A DNA stretch of 13,412 nucleotides, taken from Naegleria gruberi. Its lineage: Eukaryota. The position numbers were made by a program, and so were the translations under genes. A model generated the notes under the pieces. That model saw only the letters and a list, made by a program, of their open reading frames with translations, made no database searches and was not told where the DNA came from. Each line of letters begins with the position of its first letter. Positions within the stretch are counted from its first letter, which is position 1. The DNA lies in the NCBI GenBank assembly GCA_000004985.1, contig GG738992.1; one strand, 5' to 3'. Positions 9,156 through 13,412 of this stretch are shown here, piece after piece.

Positions 9156-10208
9156 TCATTTTCTTTCAAAAAAACCTTTGTAATCGGCAGCCATTTTGTT
9201 TAACTGCTTCCAATACAATTCTCTATCTTTTCTTAATGATTCATCAGCATATTCAAGTGCACGTCTATTTTGTTTAACTGCTTCCAATACAAATTCTTTA
9301 TCTTTTCTTAATGATTCATCAGCATATTTAAGTGCACATCCAGTTTGTTTAACTGCTTCCAATATAATTTCTTTATCTTTTCTTAATGATTCATCAACAT
9401 ATTTAAGTGCACATCCATTTTGTTTAATTGCTTCCAATACAATTTCTCTATCTTTTCTTAATAATTCATCAGCATATTCAAGTGCACATCCAGTTTGTTT
9501 AACTGCTTCCAATATAATTTCTTTATCTTTTCTTAATGATTCATCAGCATCTTCAAGTGCAAAGCCATTTTGTTTAACTGCTTCCAATACAATTTCTCTA
9601 TCTTTTCTTAATAATTCATCAGCATATTCAAGTGCAAAGCCATATTGTTTAATTGCTTCCAATACAATTTCTCTATCTTTTCTTAATGAGTTATCAGCAT
9701 ATTCAAGTGCACGTCCATTTTGTTTAACTGCTTCCAATACAATTTCTCTATCTTTTCTTAATAATTCATCAGCATATTCAAGTGCAAAGCCATTTTGTTT
9801 AACTGCTTCCAATACAAATTCTTTATCTTTTCTTAATGAGTTATCAGCATATGCAAGTGCACGTCCATTTTGTTTAATTGCTTCCAATACAATTTCTCTA
9901 TCTTTTCTTAATGAGTTATCAGCATCTTCAAGTGCACGTCCATTTTGTTTAACTGCTTCCAATACAAATTCTTTATCTTTTCTTAATGAGTTATCAGCAT
10001 ATTCAAGTGCACATCCATTTTGTTTAACTGCTTCCAATACAAACTCTCTATCTTTTCTTAATAATTCATCAGCATCTTCAAGTGCACTAATATTTTGTTT
10101 GATAACTGCCAATACAATTTGTCTATCTTGTTTTAAATATTTTGGCTTGTCTTTTTCTTTCAAAAATGCCTTTGTAATCGGCCAGCCATTTTGTTTAACT
10201 GCTTCCAA
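9156..10208 (-). CDS. Kinase locus segment 4. It has a non-repeat linker 'WPITKAFLKEKDKPKYLKQDRQIVLAVIKQNISALEDADELL', about 12 repeats, and the tail 'ELYWKQLNKMAADYKGFFERK'.
   Basis: 350-aa ORF. It is in frame with segment 3 if a single T is restored in 'caatacaattctct' near 10212. Confidence 0.5.
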   Translation of the reverse strand: MEAVKQNGWPITKAFLKEKDKPKYLKQDRQIVLAVIKQNISALEDADELLRKDREFVLEAVKQNGCALEYADNSLRKDKEFVLEAVKQNGRALEDADNSLRKDREIVLEAIKQNGRALAYADNSLRKDKEFVLEAVKQNGFALEYADELLRKDREIVLEAVKQNGRALEYADNSLRKDREIVLEAIKQYGFALEYADELLRKDREIVLEAVKQNGFALEDADESLRKDKEIILEAVKQTGCALEYADELLRKDREIVLEAIKQNGCALKYVDESLRKDKEIILEAVKQTGCALKYADESLRKDKEFVLEAVKQNRRALEYADESLRKDRELYWKQLNKMAADYKGFFERK

Positions 10209-12826
10209 TACAATTCTCTATCTTTTCTTAATGATTCATCAGCATATTCAAGTGCACGTCTATTTTGTTTAACTGCTTCCAATACAATTTCTTTATCTTT
10301 TCTTAATGATTCATCAGCATCTTCAAGTGCACATCCATTTTGTTTAACTGCTTCCAATACAAATTCTCTATCTTTTCTTAATGATTCATCAGCATCTTCA
10401 AGTGCACGTCTATTTTGTTTAATTGCTTCCAATACAATTTCTCTATCTTTTCTTAATGATTCATCAGCATCTTCAAGTGCACGTCTATTTTGTTTAACTG
10501 CTTCCAATACAATTTCTTTATCTTTTCTTAATGATTCATCAGCATATTTAAATGCAAAGCCAGTTTGTTTAACTGCTTCCAATACAAATTCTCTATCTTT
10601 TCTTAATGATTCATCAACATATTTAAGTGCAAAGCCATTTTGTTTAATTGCTTCCAATACAAATTCTCTATCTTTTCTTAATGATTCATCAGCATCTTCA
10701 AGTGCACGTCTATTTTGTTTAACTGCTTCCAATACAATTTCTTTATCTTTTCTTAATGATTCATCAACATATTTAAGTGCAAAGCCATTTTGTTTAACTG
10801 CTTCCAATACAAATTGTTTATCTTTTCTTAATGATTCATCAGCATATTTAAATGCAAAGCCATTTTGTTTAACTGCTTCCAATACAATTTCTCTATCTTT
10901 TCTTAATGATTCATCAACATATTTAAATGCAAAGCCATTTTGTTTAACTGCTTCCAATACAAATTCTCTATTTTTTCTTAATGATTCATCAACATATTCA
11001 AGTGCACGTCCATTTTGTTTAACTGCTTCCAATACAATTTCTCTATCTTTTCTTAATGATTCATCAGTATATTTAAGTGCACGCCAATTTGTTTAACTGC
11101 TTCCAATACAATTTCTCTATCTTTTCTTAATGATTCATCAGCATCTTTAAGTGCACAGCCATTTTGTTTAACTGCTTCCAATACAATTTCTCTATCTTTT
11201 CTTAATGATTCATCAGCATCTTCAAGTGCACATCCATTTTGTTTAACTGCTTCCAATACAATTTCTCTATCTTTTCTTAATGATTCATCAACATATTTAA
11301 GTGCAAAGCCATTTTGTTTAACTGCTTCCAATACAAATTCTCTATCTTTTCTTAATGATTCATCAACATATTTAAGTGCAAAGCCATATTGTTTAATTGC
11401 TTCCAATACAATTTCTCTATCTTTTCTTAATGATTCATCAGCATATCCAAGTGCAAAGCCATATTGTTTAATTGCTTCCAATACAATTTCTCTATCTTTT
11501 CTTAATGATTCATCAGCATATTCAAGTGCACGTCCATTTTGTTTAATTGCTTCCAATACAATTTCTCTATCTTTTCTTAATGATTTATCAGCATATTTAA
11601 ATGCCAAGCCATCTTGTTTAACTGCTTCCAATACAACTTCTCTATTATCCTTTGATAGTAGATGCAACGAAACCCCTTGTAATACACAAAGTAACTGTAT
11701 ACAACGATTTTTACGAAATCGGTAGAGTGTATGTATTTGGTGTGGTATTGTGATTGGTCCTGATAAATGTATATCAAAAATGGCCTCCAATATTCTGTTA
11801 GCAGAAAACCTTTTCTCCAATGATTCATCTAACATGCCTCTAAGTATTAATAATAATTCTCTCCATACGGTCACATCTTTCTCCAGATTTCCCCTTTCTA
11901 TTAATTCTAAAATATTATTGTCATCTAACAAGTCTATTTTTTGAATATCTTCTTGCAATTTCATTAGCACTTCAGCATGAGACTGTGTTTCATCTATTTT
12001 TCTAGCAAACAACAGCCACAGCATGGCTCTTCCCAAACTCCAGACATCACTTAATACACATTGTTCTCCTTTAAAACATTCTGGTGCAATATAACCACAT
12101 GTTCCGTGATGTGTTAAGTATGTGTCTGCAGTATCAGGAGTAGAAAATATATTAGTAGATGAATAAATTGGCTGACTTTTTGATGAAACAGTTCTGGCTA
12201 TTCCCAAATCACCCAATGCAGCATCAATGACATCAAATGAATAAATGGTTGGTTCAAAGCTAATAAAGATGTTTGCAGGTTTGATATCACTATGAATTAT
12301 ATTATGCTTATGCTCATGGAGTCGACATAATGCATTAGCAATTCTAATTAAAATTTGAAGCGCTTCACACAAGAACAATTTTCCTGATTTGTTCTTTCCA
12401 TATTTTTTCATATCCATTCCTCTATATTCTGATACAAGTACAATTTCTTCACCAATTAGTTCCGAAACCTCATAAGTTACCACTAGAATCGAACAACTTT
12501 TTCACAGTTGCAGCAAATCTCCATTCTCCTACTTGATAACCATCTGAATAAGTACCATTCAGATCATTACTTGGAAATATTCCATCAATTAGTTTAACAA
12601 TTTTAACAACGTATTCATATCCATCATCACCCAAACATTTACAAACCAAAGTATCACTTTTTGGATTTTCGAACACTTCTTGAAATTCAAATGATCGTCC
12701 TTTGATGCGAAATTGTTTCAATCGTATGATGGAAGTTATAAGATTTGGTGTGGTTTCTTCAACTTGAACTTGATCTATTTGTCCACCATCTCCAAAATCA
12801 CTAACTCGTTTCTGTGGTGCAAGCAT
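9156..12826 (-). CDS. Protein kinase with an N-terminal catalytic domain, fused to a C-terminal array of about 33 tandem 25-aa DUF4116-like repeats. The frame is interrupted by four single-base indels, so this is a possible pseudogene or an error-containing assembly.
   Basis: Read 5'->3' on the minus strand, the N-lobe ORF (12826->12470) has a Gly-loop-like 'FGDGGQ' and a beta-3 lysine in 'YEYVVKIVK'. The next ORF (12483->11053) has the hinge 'LVSEY', catalytic loop 'HSDIKPANIF' (12286-12294), 'DLG' (about 12208-12216), 'GTCGYIAPE' and 'DVWSLG'. It then runs into repeats of the form 'SLRKDREIVLEAVKQNGxALEYADE'. ORFs 11032->10160 and 10208->9156 continue the same repeats and end in 'RELYWKQLNKMA...', which is a -1-frame reading of a repeat unit. 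The ATG at 12824-12826 is the likely start. Confidence 0.7.
9200..11680. repeat. Tandem array of about 33 copies of a 75-bp unit. It encodes the 25-aa repeats on the minus strand, and copies are near-identical at the nucleotide level.
   Basis: The string 'ttaactgcttccaatac' recurs at an exact 75-bp period (for example 9275, 9350...). The + strand consensus is 'ttgtttaactgcttccaatacaatttctctatcttttcttaatgattcatcagcatattcaagtgcacgtccatt'. Variation is confined to a few positions. Confidence 0.92.
10160..11032 (-). CDS. Kinase locus segment 3, about 11 DUF4116-like repeats ending in the frameshift-derived tail 'ELYWKQLNKMAGRLQRHF'.
   Basis: 290-aa ORF composed entirely of 25-aa repeats. It is separated from segment 2 by a 1-bp deletion ('gcacgccaatttg' versus consensus 'gcacgtccattttg') near 11085. 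Confidence 0.55.
   Translation of the reverse strand: MEAVKQNGRALEYVDESLRKNREFVLEAVKQNGFAFKYVDESLRKDREIVLEAVKQNGFAFKYADESLRKDKQFVLEAVKQNGFALKYVDESLRKDKEIVLEAVKQNRRALEDADESLRKDREFVLEAIKQNGFALKYVDESLRKDREFVLEAVKQTGFAFKYADESLRKDKEIVLEAVKQNRRALEDADESLRKDREIVLEAIKQNRRALEDADESLRKDREFVLEAVKQNGCALEDADESLRKDKEIVLEAVKQNRRALEYADESLRKDRELYWKQLNKMAGRLQRHF
11053..12483 (-). CDS. Kinase locus segment 2, covering the kinase C-lobe (subdomains V-XI) plus the first 8 or so DUF4116-like repeats.
   Basis: 476-aa ORF whose track start is GTG, not ATG. It contains the motifs HSD, DLG, APE and DxWSLG, then the repeats. Confidence 0.6.
   Translation of the reverse strand: MVTYEVSELIGEEIVLVSEYRGMDMKKYGKNKSGKLFLCEALQILIRIANALCRLHEHKHNIIHSDIKPANIFISFEPTIYSFDVIDAALGDLGIARTVSSKSQPIYSSTNIFSTPDTADTYLTHHGTCGYIAPECFKGEQCVLSDVWSLGRAMLWLLFARKIDETQSHAEVLMKLQEDIQKIDLLDDNNILELIERGNLEKDVTVWRELLLILRGMLDESLEKRFSANRILEAIFDIHLSGPITIPHQIHTLYRFRKNRCIQLLCVLQGVSLHLLSKDNREVVLEAVKQDGLAFKYADKSLRKDREIVLEAIKQNGRALEYADESLRKDREIVLEAIKQYGFALGYADESLRKDREIVLEAIKQYGFALKYVDESLRKDREFVLEAVKQNGFALKYVDESLRKDREIVLEAVKQNGCALEDADESLRKDREIVLEAVKQNGCALKDADESLRKDREIVLEAVKQIGVHLNILMNH
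12470..12826 (-). CDS. Kinase locus segment 1, covering the kinase N-lobe (subdomains I-IV).
   Basis: 118-aa ATG-initiated ORF with 'RVSDFGDGGQIDQV' (Gly-rich loop variant) and 'GYEYVVKIVKL' (VAIK-like, with Lys). It ends at a TGA that overlaps the next segment by a +1 shift. Confidence 0.55.
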   Translation of the reverse strand: MLAPQKRVSDFGDGGQIDQVQVEETTPNLITSIIRLKQFRIKGRSFEFQEVFENPKSDTLVCKCLGDDGYEYVVKIVKLIDGIFPSNDLNGTYSDGYQVGEWRFAATVKKLFDSSGNL

Positions 12827-12870
12827 TGTTCAAACAATGTTTAAAGGAATTTTTTTGTTTTTGTTTTTTG

Positions 12871-12924
12871 AAACGTGATGGTATTACATGACCAACACAC
12901 TGAAGAACACATTCTATCACGTTT
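12871..12924. promoter_or_regulatory. Candidate regulatory site: a perfect 9-bp inverted repeat AAACGTGAT (36-bp spacer) ATCACGTTT, 45-100 bp upstream of the kinase-gene ATG.
   Basis: 'aaacgtgat' at 12871-12879 and its reverse complement 'atcacgttt' at 12916-12924. Both contain an ACGTG core. Both lie in the putative promoter of the minus-strand gene starting at 12826. Confidence 0.2.
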
Positions 12925-13412
12925 TAATACTAAAGGATGGTAGCAATCCTATCAATGATAACAATTACTGTTCGTTGTTCCACAACACCACTAACACCAC
13001 TAACACCATTCCGAAATAATTCTACATATGAATATGATAATACGCTTTAATTTTGTTATTTTTTTCATAAAATCGTAATTTACAGTTTTCATCACATATT
13101 TTAATTATTTATTATTTTATAAAAAATACCTCTTTTTCAAAAATATGATGAGACCAACCACAGCAACACAACTACACGGAACATCATGCACAACATCACC
13201 AAACCTTACATTTATTGTAAGAAGATTATGATGAGAGTTCACTGGTGAGAGTCCATATGTGATTACTCGACACTCTAGGTTTAAACATTTTTGAATCTAT
13301 TCGTGAAAATCATAATAATTGTTGTAGGATTGTTGTTTCAAGAGTTGTTGTTGTTGTTGATATTGTTAACAAAAATTACCAACAACAAAATACTCCACCA
13401 ACCATCAAGAGT

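Noticed and set aside
9196-11096. Two long + strand ORFs (9196-10272, 358 aa, and 10191-11096, 301 aa) encoding 'SLSFLNDSSAYSSARLFCLTASNT...' repeats.
   Set aside because: They are the antisense reading of the 75-bp tandem repeat. The period is a multiple of 3, so any stop-free frame stays open across the array. The minus-strand reading gives a recognisable kinase plus conserved repeat motif, whereas the + reading is low-complexity Ser/Leu/Asn with no start context. They are treated as artefacts.
11577-11828. 83-aa minus-strand ORF nested in the kinase locus, ending 'KLYWKQLNKMAWHLNMLINH'.
   Set aside because: It is an out-of-frame reading of the kinase-repeat junction. The 'LYWKQLNKMA' string is simply the -1 frame of 'EIVLEAVKQNG'. 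It is not an independent gene.
241-12486. 'CACTAG' strings at 241 and 12481, considered as possible CACTA-element terminal inverted repeats flanking the whole window.
   Set aside because: Both copies are in the same orientation, not inverted. They are 12 kb apart and span unrelated host genes. A 6-mer is expected by chance many times. This is not a TIR pair.
1-13412. Possibility that the window encodes a prokaryotic or phage defence or other operon-type 'system'.
   Set aside because: Short GTAAGT...AG introns, AT-rich intergenic deserts several kb long, a eukaryotic protein-kinase fold, poly-Q/H low-complexity proteins and an EnSpm-type transposon relic all point to a eukaryotic nuclear genome. 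There are no Shine-Dalgarno-spaced, co-directional, tightly packed ORFs.

Overview
This window is AT-rich eukaryotic nuclear DNA with no prokaryotic operon structure, so the 'undescribed system' framing fits poorly; the closest thing is an unusual kinase–repeat gene. Short spliceosomal-type introns (GTAAGT...YAG, about 60-200 bp) and a 293-bp run of N (4181-4473) indicate a draft scaffold. I cannot name the organism from sequence alone; an AT-rich protist, fungus or small-genome invertebrate is plausible.

Contents from 5' to 3':
- Two adjacent Cys-rich ORFs of unknown function (261-1164, + strand).
- About 3 kb of very AT-rich, low-complexity DNA containing the assembly gap and no convincing genes.
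- A divergent, head-to-head gene pair. The minus-strand gene (5062-6189) encodes a protein with a coiled-coil domain. The plus-strand gene (6257-7558) encodes a Gln/His-rich protein with a Cys pair.
- A decayed relic of an EnSpm/CACTA (TNP2-like) DNA-transposon transposase, about 7745-8981 on the + strand, split across at least three ORF fragments.
- A large minus-strand locus (9156-12826), the most striking element. It encodes a eukaryotic protein-kinase domain with non-canonical HSD and DLG catalytic motifs, fused to an array of about 33 near-identical 75-bp (25-aa) tandem repeats. The repeat consensus is 'LEAVKQNGxALEYADESLRKDREIV', which I recognise from memory as DUF4116-type. The reading frame is broken by four single-base indels. 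The locus also contains an internal duplication of about 1 kb that includes a copy of its own 3' end.

I see no rRNA, tRNA or CRISPR.
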